A DNA stretch of 61,626 nucleotides, filler included, from Hausera hauseri (taxonomy: Eukaryota), in NCBI GenBank assembly GCA_046269625.1. It is 8 parts of 8 records of this genome, joined end to end, with 100 filler letters (N's around TTAATTAATTAA, not from the genome) between each part and the next. Parts side by side here need not be neighbours in the genome. Positions count along the whole stretch, not along the records: positions 13,601 to 26,438 come from JBJURY010006678.1; positions 26,539 to 30,737 come from JBJURY010705771.1; positions 30,838 to 41,333 come from JBJURY010175527.1; 5 more parts are not named here. One strand, given 5' to 3'. Of the stretch, positions 24,961 through 37,039 are shown one piece after another. Every line of letters starts with the position of its first letter. Position 1 is the stretch's first letter. Under the pieces are notes generated by a model. It had not been told where the DNA came from. It saw only the letters and a program-made list of their open reading frames with translations, and ran no database searches. The position numbers were made by a program, and so were the translations under genes.

Positions 24961-26599
24961 TAAGAGTTAGTTAAATGACGACCACAGTAGGGTTGGCAGA
25001 TACTCATGGCCAAAAACTGCATTAAAAAATGGTCAAATCCCAAGCATTGTGTAAAAATTGAACGTGTGAAAGAACATGTCATTTACATACACAAATAGTA
25101 ACAGGGGAATAATTAAATTTAACTATTTTTTGGCAAGGGAAATAACTTAAACATTGTAAGTATCAAAATTATTTTAAAATTGTTGAAGTTCTTTTAGAAT
25201 ATTTTATATCAAATTTTATTCGAAGATATACCATAAAGCAGCTTCGATTACAAACTATTCTGCTAATTCATAAGGGTTAAATCTGAAATGAACGGTTTAT
25301 ATACATTGAATTTTAAGTAATTTTTGTCCGGCCTTTCTTCCGGGATTGGCCCAACGCAATAAAAACGAAAACAAACATGTCCGGATGTGGCAATGTCGGA
25401 CATTTTCTCCTCAATGCCTGTTTTATCCGTTAATGCTTCTGAAGCCTTTGGAGGGGATCCATCCACAATTCCGGACCTTACGAAACCCTGCAGCACTACG
25501 TGAATCTCAAAATCTCCGCCGACCGAGGTGATGATCATAGAGTATGGGGCACGTTGCCCGGCCGGAGGGCCCCATGCAACATATGTGGAGCTGAGGACCA
25601 CTGGACCGGGTAGTGCCCACAGAAACAGCATCCACAACACCCTGAACCAGTTTCGAGGCCCCTTCAACCAACGAAGGTGAACATCCGTTTCAAGTAAGAC
25701 CAGTTGAGGATCCTCTATCGGTTACTTCCAGCGGCGACGACGAGGAATCTGTTCCTGATGCCGTTTCTCCACAACTACCACCTGACAAAAATGGCTTTTA
25801 GTATCCAAAGAAAAGGCGGAGAACCAAACTGAGCCGGCATTCACCACCACTCACCATGTCTCCAGACAACAGGTGGACAGCCGCATCGCCGAAAGCAGTC
25901 TCCACCAGCCCCGACCGACAGAGGCATCAAGCAGTCACCTCCCAACCATCGCAGCCAAACATCCAGCTGAACTCACATATCGTCGATACCTCCGCCATGC
26001 TTGATGTGACAGACGAATACTTGCAAGCCTTCATCCATTTTGACCCTGGCGATCGCTCCCCTCCTAGAATGGAGGAGTCCGACCAAATTCCCCGCACCGC
26101 ACAGTTGTAACCTGCCACATTATCCATGGATTTATTAACTGTGCTACGAATTTCGAACTCGGGATCCCCGTGCCTTACGCCAAGTGGAGAGCTAACGTTT
26201 TTTTGTGTTTTTTCTTTCCATTTAGTGCTGGGCAAAAACCGAATCCAGATCCGGATAATCAGAATCTACTTACTTAACCGAGTAACTCGATTCCTGAATA
26301 CTGAATACCAAGTAACTCGTTTTAAAGTGAGTTACTCGGTTTTATTCGGTTTGGATTCATCTTTGGATTCACATTCATATGTGAGTGTTAGAACCGGTTT
26401 CAGAAAGCGACTAGAGACAACTGAGTCCCTGGTCGGCTNNNNNNNNNNNNNNNNNNNNNNNNNNNNNNNNNNNNNNNNNNNNTTAATTAATTAANNNNNN
26501 NNNNNNNNNNNNNNNNNNNNNNNNNNNNNNNNNNNNNNTTTCAACAGGATCCTCTATTATATTTGCCCAGAATGTGAGGGTATACGTGATGGAGAATAC

Positions 26600-29150
26600 A
26601 TGCAGTTTTTTGAAGACCATTTTACAGACTTCAAGTCAAAGACAAAGAAAGTCATCTTTAATGAGCAGCATAAGCGTGCTTCGGCAGCACAGCCTGCTTC
26701 GACAGCAAAACCCGATGCAGGACTAAAACACATAGCGGCAGCAGCAGTAGCAGCATCAGCAGCAGATGCTACACCAAAAAGCCAGAGACAACGGCCAGTT
26801 GATGTTGCAGCATTAAAGAGAAAAGTCCGCAGATATGTTATTAATGCAACTGGTCAAACAACTCTCCAAGAGTTCCTCTTATACACAAAGGAAGTGACAG
26901 AAGGAATTCTTCAGAACAACATTGCGGAGCTCAAAGTCCATAAAGTGAACATGAAACTGCAGGTCACATATATCAATGTTGATGGCAAAGAATCCAAAAG
27001 AGCATTCAAGATCCAAAATAGTCCCATATTGGAAACAACCAATATAGTAGAATGGCTGCATGAGGTGCACGCGAAGCTGATCCACTAGTCTGGGGAGAGC
27101 CAAGATAAGAAGAGCTGTTGGTCCCTGACAGCCATCAAGAGATTGCTTGTGTATATGCACAAGTACTCCCCCATGCGAGCAGTTCATATATTCAGTTCCC
27201 GGAATTGATAGTTAATAAAAAAGCATGTGTCAATGTCCATAATAGCTCCAACATGTGTTTCGTGTATGCCATTCTATCAAAACTCGTAACGGGTCAAAAG
27301 CACGCTTACCGTGTTTCACTATGTCAGAACATCCAGGATAATTATTATTTCAATTGCATTCCCTTTCCCCCATCAGTGGATGAAGTCAGAAGATTTGAAA
27401 AAGTCAACAACATGTCCATCAGCATCTTTGAATTGAATGAGGAGGATAAATTTTATCCCTTGCATGTATACAATGCGGCATTGAAAGACCATAGGGATCT
27501 GCTTCTTCCAGACAAGGGAGAAAAGAAACGTTATGTTTGGATCAAAGACTTTGAGGGTCTAGTAAGATCCAAAATGACGAAACATCATGGAGAAATAGAA
27601 ATATGCAAACGTGGCTTTTCCAATTTCAGCGGCGATGTAGCAGTATTGAAGCTTGCAGATCACAGGATTTACTGCAACAACAATTATTATATCAGGCCAG
27701 AATTTCACAAGAAGGACTATATTGAATTTAAGGAGTTACAGAAGAAGATCAAGGTCCCAATAATTATCTGTTACGACTTTGAAGCGATCCTGTGTCCAGT
27801 TCAGAGTTGTAGTCCTAATCCACAACACAGTAGCACAACGGCATACCAATATCATGAACTTTCATCATATTGCATGTATGCAAAAGGATTGAACAGTGAA
27901 CCATATCTTTTCAGGGTTGCAGGCGCAGCAGATCATTTTATGAAGTGAATTGAAGGCATGGATCATAGGCTTGAAGATATGCTGCACTAGAATAAGGATA
28001 ACATGAGCATGTCGAAAAAACAAGGAGAATGGCGCAAGGCAACAGTATGTTACTGGTGCGACAAGTCTTTCACTAAGGAGAATTGGAAAGTCAGGGATAT
28101 GTGCCATTTTACAGGCACATATCGAGGTGCGGCCTGCAACAACTGCAATCTACGCTGCAGAACATGTACATATGTGCCTGCAGTGTTCTACAGCCTTAGT
28201 GGCTATGATTCCCATTTCATAGTCCGAGAATTTGGAAATATTGAGGGGAACATTAATGTGATTCCCAATAATGAGGAGAAGTATGTCACATTTACGAAGC
28301 ATGTTGGGAAAATCAGGCTTCGCTTCGTAGACAATTTCTGTTTCATATCGTCTTCACTTGACGGTTTAGTGAAGAACCTCCCTGCAGAAGAACTCAAGGA
28401 GACGAAGCGGTTCTTTCCCACTGCATTTGACCTAGTCGAAAGGAAAAGCGTGTTTCCCTATGATTACATAACATCATTGAAAACACTGGATGAGCCCATA
28501 TTGCTGGCCAAAAAGGACTTTTACAATATCTTCTTTGATTGCGATATCAGTCTGGGATGCATTTCAATGCTGAACGTTAAGAAAATACAGCGATATATAC
28601 CTCAAGACTGTCGTGCTGCTTCTAACGGATGTCTTTGAGAGTTTCAGGGATATTACTATAAAGGGACATGCACTGGATCCATCTCATTTCTTTACGGCTA
28701 CAGGGATGAGTTGGGCGGATATGCTGAGATATACAGGTGTCAGGCTGCAGATCATAAAGGATTACGACATGGTCCTTATAATCGAGAGAGGCATTAGAGG
28801 TGGAATATTCCAGGCCATTCACTGGTACAGTGAGGCCAACAACAAATATATGGCCGAATACGACCCAGCAAAGGCATCCTCATATATATTATACCTGTAT
28901 GCCAACAACCTATATGCTTGGGCAATGAGCGCCCCATTGCCATATTATGACTTCAAGTGGACCCAGCATCCCGAAAACATCCCTATACTGGACTTAGATC
29001 CCACTGGAGATACTGAATACATACTGGATATATGTTAAATATCCGGCTTCCATCCACACAAGGCATGAACAGCTGCCTTTCCTGCCTGAGTACAAGCCTA
29101 CGCCCCATGGAAGGCATAGAAAGCTGCTCTGCCGTCTGGATAATAGGGAG
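26600..29150 (+). pseudogene. Polinton pPolB (second family), fragmented and 3'-truncated
   Basis: KKACVNVHN...CFVYAIL, CYDFEAIL, RDMCHFTGTYRGAACNNCNL, LSGYDSHFIV, SSSLDGLVKNL, RKSVFPYDY, LLLTDVFESFR, RGIRGG, ANNLYAWAMS. Confidence 0.95.
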
Positions 29151-29443
29151 AGGTATGTGGAATGGACTCCGCATTAAGAATATCCATCGAGTCATGCATG
29201 TTTGCTCATGCTTCCTGCTTGTTAAAAGCCACCCAACATGTTCCAAATCAGCCTTGTGCTCCATCTATTGTAGCCACAGATTGGGGCTGACTTATATGAT
29301 GGTCATTAAAGGTTTTTAAGAGTTTATTAGGTGGCCCTATCAGTTTCAATCAACAGCTTTAAGTTGTTCTGTTTTATTTTCATCTATTTTTAAATTTCAG
29401 ATGCCTTATTTTGGATCTGTATGGTGAAATAAACTGTACATAC

Positions 29444-29554
29444 ATTTGACGTGCTCCTAAAGAGCCACCAAACACCACCATGGTGTTCCCGATTACAGAT
29501 GACGAGTGGCCGGCCATAGGTGGAGGTCCGTGTGTCGTTACTATACAGTTCCAC
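29444..29554 (-). CDS. FBXO42: Single coding exon of kelch-repeat F-box protein FBXO42 (vertebrate-type)
   Basis: [37 protein letters not shown]; 111 bp bounded by polypyrimidine-CTCAG and GTATGT. Confidence 0.85.
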
Positions 29555-29649
29555 CTGAGCACAAGAGAAAAAAGATATAATAATGATAAGAAGTTATAAT
29601 GAAGTGTCAATGTTTCATATAGTTTGTCTCAAAAAGTTGATGATGGTCA

Positions 29650-30170
29650 AATGGCGTGATACGATCCCAGATACCGTTACTCCTGACAAAGCCTGATCCC
29701 TAGCATCGACACTATTCTGATGCAATCATGTGTTTGCTGGAGGCGACATGCAGGTCATATACTAGACCATCAGCCGTCAAGATTTCTGTTTCAAAGTGAA
29801 ATGCAAAATGAAAAACGTTCACGTGGTGGCCAAAAGAATATCGTTAAGGACAAACTCAAGACCTCAGTAAACGCCTTTGACATTAAATCTTGATTCCTGG
29901 GAATATGCAACACAAAACCAGACGGTATGGCACACATCTCTTCCAACATGTGCAACAACAACAAGGCATCCAGAAACAATAGCCGTGGAACAGCGGAGTC
30001 ACGCTAGAAAATATCTGAATGAAATCATCTCATTGATGGAATATTTTCTGCTCATATTGTCCAAGATCTTTCCGGGAAAGAATTGTGCTTATCAGTCACT
30101 TTGGACTCACACAAGAAGCTGAGCATAATGGACATACCTAATTGAATGAATATAATCGTCCTTGTTACTT
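29650..30170 (+). mobile_element. RTE-clade LINE 3' remnant
   Basis: EMQNEKRSRGGQKNIVKDKLKTSVNAFDI..SWE..QNQTVW resembles the RTE C-terminal GKRSRGGQKKRFKDTLK motif. Confidence 0.6.
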
Positions 30171-33100
30171 GCGATGGAAAACAGTAACAATAATTGTGTG
30201 TTATGCATTATTGTCGTGTAATTTTATAACATTTATGACCAATCAATTCTGGAAACAACTGTTTAGAGTGACGTCATTCCTTAATGTTCAGTTTCAGTAA
30301 ATCTTCTTCTTCTCCGACGATCTCTCAATCTTGCAGCTTTAGAACATTCAAAAACAAACTACACTCATTTGTTAAACTATTATAATTATGTCTGCCAGAT
30401 AAGTAGACTTGGGTTACAGACATCCAACAGTTTATATGATGGTTCGAGCCCATATGCATTCATCTATTCTGTGCGTGTGAGATTAGAGTATCTGCATGTA
30501 TTTAAACTTATGAACACGTTTACTTAATTTCAACGCTTATTTTACTTATGCAATGTTCATTTGAAGTGTTGTTGAGTGTATTGAACTGAATGTGTGAGAT
30601 GAGAGTATGTGCATGTATTTTAAACTTATTAGTATGAATACTTAATTTCACTGTTTATCTTCTCGTATAATGTTCATTTGAATTGTTATGTTTGTTGTCT
30701 AGGGCAGAAATGTAAAAAGGCTAAGTGCCTATTTCTCNNNNNNNNNNNNNNNNNNNNNNNNNNNNNNNNNNNNNNNNNNNNTTAATTAATTAANNNNNNN
30801 NNNNNNNNNNNNNNNNNNNNNNNNNNNNNNNNNNNNNTCTTTTCATCCTTTTTTGAATTTCCTGCATTTTTATTGGCTGTTTATTATTTCAACTTTGAAT
30901 TGAATTTAAACTTTGATATTCGTTTAAATTCCTCCTCACAGTAAGAAAGGCCAGAAACGAATATGAAGAGAAATTACAACTAATGGAAGTCTATCATGGA
31001 TTAAGAGAACCACAAACCGAAGAAAAATATGCACTGGCATTAAACAGTGCTAATATGAAACGTAAAAAGTCTATTTCCCGAGAAATAACTTAGTCAGAGA
31101 AACCAACGACATCTGAGAATGTAGACTTGGACGCATAATCCGAGAAGTACAGCCCAGGTAAAACACAGATGAAATCAAAAGTGAATTTATTGGTCCTTTA
31201 GTTCTCAAAATAACGAAGAATAAGGGTAGAAGCCCATCGCCTAATAGAAAATTAAAGACTCGCTCGATGTCCCCCGTCAAAAGAGACGTAAAAGAAAAGA
31301 AGGCTTTTATGCCGCTGTTCTAAGAAACGACTCATCCTTAGAGACGGCCATTACTCCTAAAAAGAACCTAAAAACGTTGGAAACACCAGAGGCGATAAAC
31401 ATTAATGACGAAATCAACGAAATCTGCCCACTTCCCGCTAGTGAGAATAAACAGAAGACAATAACGATTTTGATACGAGGAAATGGAAAGTTCGACGTCC
31501 ATGGAAGAATGCTGAGGAATTAAATCGAATGAGAACCAGATGTCATGATTCGGAAGTACTCCAACATAATTTAGAAAGACTTAAACAGATCAGTAAGCAA
31601 ACAGATATATCGGGTAAAAAACAACAATTTGTGGAAGAACTATGAGTTTAAAATTAGGTGGCTAAGGAAAGCTCGAAAAAGCAATCGAATTGAGACAACT
31701 GGAAGAGGTGCCACAGGATACGTTGACAAAATGCAACCATAAATTATAGTCATGGAGTAAAAGTGGAGTCGAATTTTCGGAAGGATGGAATAAAGAGGAA
31801 GATAGTGTCGGCGTGAGAGTCGCTGAAGTACAGATATTACTATCCACTTTAGAAGCTAAACACCAGGTGAAAAGAGTGGTCCGTAACTTAGAACGCAAGG
31901 TGGATGAAATACGTTATGCAATGATCAATCGGCTTAGAGAAAAACCGGTCAATAACCGGAGACATCGATTTAGAAATGCTGGACATAGTTCCAGTAGATA
32001 TTTCTCCATTATTGGAAAAGATAAAAATTGCCTTTGCGAACTCAGACGATGTGCGGACTTAGAGAGTCGCATTAAAATGGAGAATAAAAAAACATCGCAG
32101 ATCAGTAGTTTAAGAAATCTAACCATGTTTACGAATAATTAAGAAACAAAATGTAATAAAAGCTTGAATCATAGAATTCGACGAATATAAGGACGAGTTC
32201 AACTATATTTAACCANNNNNNNNNNCATATAAAATGTTAGACAAGGCAATATTAGCAAAACCGATAATCGCCAACCAGTTGTAGGAATGTTCCGAATTAA
32301 TAATGAGAATATATAAATTAATAGAGGACCGTAAAAAAGAATTTCCGAAAAGTGAACCATCTATAAGAAAACGACTAGAAGGGACACGTAACTTAGATAA
32401 GATACAAGCAAGATACGTATCCAAACGCAATTCGAAGCTTTGCGATGATTAAATTTTATGAAGAAGAAGAAGAAGAAGAAGCAAAAAACCACAATATTGG
32501 AAGAGATTTATAAAATGATCAAAGAGACAAACTTTATAGAAAAGCAAAATATGACTTGTAATTTTTATCCCAGATTAAGGAACATCCGACTAGAAGTAGT
32601 CAAACAATTAACAAATAAGCCTATCTACGAGATTTCAATACACAATATCGAAACATTGGACATTTGTTCAGGACATAGACCGGCCTTAATAGAAGCAGTG
32701 AGATTCTTGTATAAGCCACAAGAATGGATAGCCGGCACAGATCAAAATTGCCATACCGAGTTGAAGAAAATAAGAAACGACCGACATCTTAGTTTTGAAG
32801 AGTTTAAATTTGTGAAGAAACTGCTCGATGCAATGGATCCCGATTTAAAAGTCATAAATGAAATGTACGACTTAGCCTTCTTATTAGTAGAAATGGCGGA
32901 GACCAGTGACGTGAGGATGAGGCAATTGATGCGTAAATTACAACAAGTTGAAGAAACGTGCATCAGAACAAAACAAACAGCAACGAGGCTAGACGAATTA
33001 GTAAAAGGATTCGAAAGCTACAGGAGTAAATACGCTTTTACCGAATCACAGATCAAAAATAAGCAAGAGTTTGTGCAGAGATGGCGAAGGGACGTAATTA

Positions 33101-33599
33101 TTGAACTAACCGATTATCACCAGAAAGGATTCATCAATTCTAATGAATTAGGCAAACTACTGAAAATGATTCAGCATGCCTGTTGAAACGGAATAGGTTT
33201 CAGGACTACGCAGATGAAAGAAATACAACAAAAATTGAAAGAATTTCGAGAAATTGCACAAAAAACGAACACAGTCCTAGAAGACTATGGACTTCCCGAT
33301 ATTGGGAATAAACCAGAATGGGATGCTTATTTAGAAGCAATAACGGCCGAAAATCCAATAACTCAAGTACACCTAAATGAAATAGAAATGTATCTGCAGA
33401 ACAGGGAATTCAATGTAGAGATGCGCCTGGACTCAGCGTTAACCGAAAAGGAATAGATTGAATTAATTAATGTAAATATTATCGAAAACAAGCTCAGACA
33501 ACTCATACCAATTTTGACTAAATTATCCAGTGAAAACATGATTTACAACACGGTGCCGAAACTCTTAATAAAGAAGTATACGGAAAATTTGAAGAATAA

Positions 33600-33835
33600 A
33601 CCTGAGGCAACGATGACATTAATGATATCATCCGAGTGGATGGACGAAAAAGAATGTGAGTTGACCACTTATTCTTACGTAAAGGACGTAAGAGAATGGT
33701 TATTAAATAATGGTGGAACAAATGAGGTAAATTACAGATTTTACTTTAGAGGAAGAATACTCGACGATGTAGAACAGTTAATAGACGTCGGAATTATCCC
33801 CGACGAAACAAATTGGATAGTAGTAACAATAGCCA
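33600..33835 (+). pseudogene. Ubiquitin-like domain within Gag extension (copy 1)
   Basis: MTLMISS..EKECELTTYSYVKDVREWL...NYRFYFRGRILDDVEQLIDVGIIPDETNWIVV fits the ubiquitin pattern (TIENVK..QRLIFAGKQLED..L.DYNI) over about 72 aa. Confidence 0.7.
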
Positions 33836-34557
33836 ACAAACAGACGAAATAAGAAGCTACGCGAATGGCTAAAACGGAATAATGTGTAGGGAAAATTATG
33901 AGAGTAGGAGATGCTTCAATTTATTTCGAGTATTTACAGACGGATGATAACAAAGAACAATATGATAAAAACCTAGTACCGATAAGTGGAATCGCCACCC
34001 ATGTTCCAAGGCCCAAACGCCCAGTCGGTAGGCCTAGAAAAACCCGAGAAGAAGTTGACTATAACGGAGAATTAATTAGAGAGCTGAGACACATGTCAAT
34101 TCTTACCTTTAGCACAGACAATGAAGAATTAAACGAGTTAATGAAAAATTCAATACGTGTCGTAAATTATTCAAGCCTTCGAGGGGATACATTAGATGAT
34201 AAAGAAAAGGCGATATTTAACTCAGCTAGAACGATGAAAAATTCGCGTTTCAAGCTGTCAAAAAGTAGTCTAACTGACGACGCAGTGGTTGAGAAAATTA
34301 TGGTGGAGAATAAGACAGAAGAGCTAAGAAAAGTATTATTGTACTTGGCAATTAAGAAAAATCCAAATCGCGAATACGAACTAAATCGAGCTACAAGTAT
34401 GGCGTGAAAAGCAGCTAGAAAGCTTCCATGTGAAGTAAATTGGCCAAAATTATTTGACAAAGAAGAAGACAAGAGGAACAGTAGTAATAATGGACTAGGA
34501 GACATCATACGGAATTTAACGACAACGGATAATAACAACCGGAAGAATGAATCTAAT

Positions 34558-36745
34558 TGGTTAATTAGTTTGCTCACCATAATGATGCTGATAAAACAAA
34601 TGGGCGCTGTCACCATCTACGATTGCGACAGATTTAAGCTTGGACAAAAATACTCACTAATGGACTTAGAAGCATGTGAAGACGTCAGACCACACAAATT
34701 AGAAACAAAGCAGAAGAGTTATTTCCTATACCAACAAGAGTTGATATGTTTAGATGGCATGGAATGCATGCTGAGACGATCTCGTAGTATTTTCCAATGT
34801 GGACTAATGCACGGACACTCCTCGATAATGAAACCAACGACCCCTCCAATTCCAATGAATTTGGAAATACAACACTACAAGCAGGCCCGAGAAACCGGAA
34901 GGCTGAAATGGGATAGTATGAAACTAGAAATGCAGCCCGGAAAGATAATCAGAGCATAAAAGGTAGTAGTTGGACGGCTAGATATGAAAAACGGACACTG
35001 TAGTGGAGCGGAATACGACACAGGAAAAGGATTAGAAGAAAACATAGTAGTAGTGGACTTTTATGAATCGGAAATGCAAGTCCAGAAAGTGATGTTCCAT
35101 AGCGTCACTAAGCTATATACGAAGAATCAAAAATGTCACATACAGGACGGCACCTGTAACTTCAGAAGCTCTGTCGTCACATGGGAACCACCCACTGGAA
35201 AAGGCTGCAATTTTATTAAAATTAAGGAATTGAAGTTTAATGAAACTACCAGGAAGCGATACGTATACAAGTACGATATCAGTTCAAGAGCACGTGAAGA
35301 TGTATCAGAGCATCATACACCTACGATATTAATCTCTGATCAACATGGATTGAAATTCATAAAAAGGGAAATGATTTCACGTTGCGAATTAATAATGTTT
35401 ACCACTAACTACGAAGCGTTCCTTGTCGTAGAAATGGAGATAAGCGCGAAAACATACAACTTAGAAACGCAAGACATTAGAATCGAAGATTATCTGAAAA
35501 ACCGAGACGATTTTTTCTATTATAAAGGACAAGTCGGGATAGCCAAGCTATACCATAAAATGATAACTAATGATTGTAAATTAGATACGGAAATTATGAG
35601 GACAAAATTAGCCCTTATTTATGCGAATCCTGAGTTAGCTTCACCGATCATTCCCATGAAAGAAGGAATTTTTGGTCGGGTTACTGGTGAAGTTCTACTA
35701 ACTTATGAATGCGAGAAAAGAGATGTACCAATTAATGTCGAAGAAAAGCGATGTATACAAGAGCTACCTGTAATCTACCAAAACACCCCGCGCTTAGCTA
35801 TGCCTCTCACTTGAGTGTTGCTCGATAATGCGACACAACCAACCATTCTAAAGGATTGCAAGGCAAGTTTGGGCGAACCGATGTTTAGGCATAGCGAAAT
35901 AGATTGAGTTAGTCTACCTAATGGAGGCGTCACTACCATTTCTAAAAAACTAACTGGGACTAATTTAGCAAAAGGAATTACCGACGACAAGTTACAGGAT
36001 ACATTTTAAAAAGGCATTTACCGGCCAAAAGAGATCGAAGCTTTTCGATAATTTCTTGCTTTTCCACGACAGCGAACACAAATTAAACCGAGCTATGGCA
36101 TCAGTAGTAGACGATACCCGCTACCAGACTAAATGGGAATCCTTGCTTGGCGTGAACTATTACCATCGAGTAACCACTGAAATACTCTACAAAATATGGG
36201 GAAGATTTTTAATTTTTGGACAAGCTGCATCTGGATTCTTAGCAGTCTATTTCATGGTACAACTGGTAAAGGCGGCAATTCAAGCGGTTATAAATGGGTA
36301 TGAAATATTTACGCTAACAGGATTTTCTTGCAAGATCTTAACCGCGATTATCACACCGTTTGGAAAAATGCTAAAAGCATACGAAGAAAATCGATGGGAA
36401 AATGACATTGAACGCCATGTCGGCTATTATAATTACAAACATCGAACAAGACCCATATTTCGACTAAAACGCAAGGTTAAGAAACCAGTGACACGAACAA
36501 ATAACTCCGATGATGACGATCCTAAGGGAGGAGATGCGATCCTCAGACAAAATAGACACAAAATGTATTCAGTAATCAGAGCACCCTTACCTATCATACC
36601 GCCAACGGCTCCGATATACGAGGATTGCGACAAAACATCTATGATGTCAAATAGATCGGCATTCTGTCAGAAACCCTTCAGATATGAAGATCCTTACTCT
36701 AGGAACAAAACAATATGGAGTATTAAAGAAAATGCAAATCACTAA
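34558..36745 (+). pseudogene. Chuvirus-like (class III, gB-related) envelope glycoprotein with signal sequence, TM region and cytoplasmic tail
   Basis: Hydrophobic WLISLLTIMMLIKQMGA then IYDC..YSLMDLEAC, C..RSIFQCGLMHGHSS, GHCSGAEY, C...GTC......W....GCNF, LYHKMITNDCKL, GRVTGEVLLTYEC, CIQELPVIY, IWGRFLIFGQAASGFLAVYFMVQLVK..INGY; cysteine spacing as in chuviral G. Confidence 0.88.
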
Positions 36746-37039
36746 TTAAAGACGAGCAGATGACCATGGGATATTGTACTCCCCGAGAATAGCTCGCAAT
36801 ATAGAGACCAGGTCAACAGTCTGGGGAACGCAAGGAGTGAAGTCGTTCCAAAATCCAATAGTACAAGAACCATTAATTAGAAACAATACGAATAACATGG
36901 CAGTTAACGACTTATACCCTAACGAAGAACTGAAACAGCTGACTGAAAATATTATTTCATCACCAGAGATAACGATAAACGGATATAAAATTTCTTCGAT
37001 CAAACGACCAAAAGACGTGTCGAGTTGCTATGGGTCAGT

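Noticed and set aside
25263-26235. LINE ORF1 with a CCHC knuckle (GCGNVGH) and neighbouring ORFs
   Set aside because: Requires frameshifts and has no adjacent endonuclease/RT; too weak to call
32458-35814. Programmed readthrough or alternative genetic code explaining in-frame stops
   Set aside because: TAA, TAG and TGA all occur, at positions that are sense codons in copy 2 where it overlaps; ordinary decay
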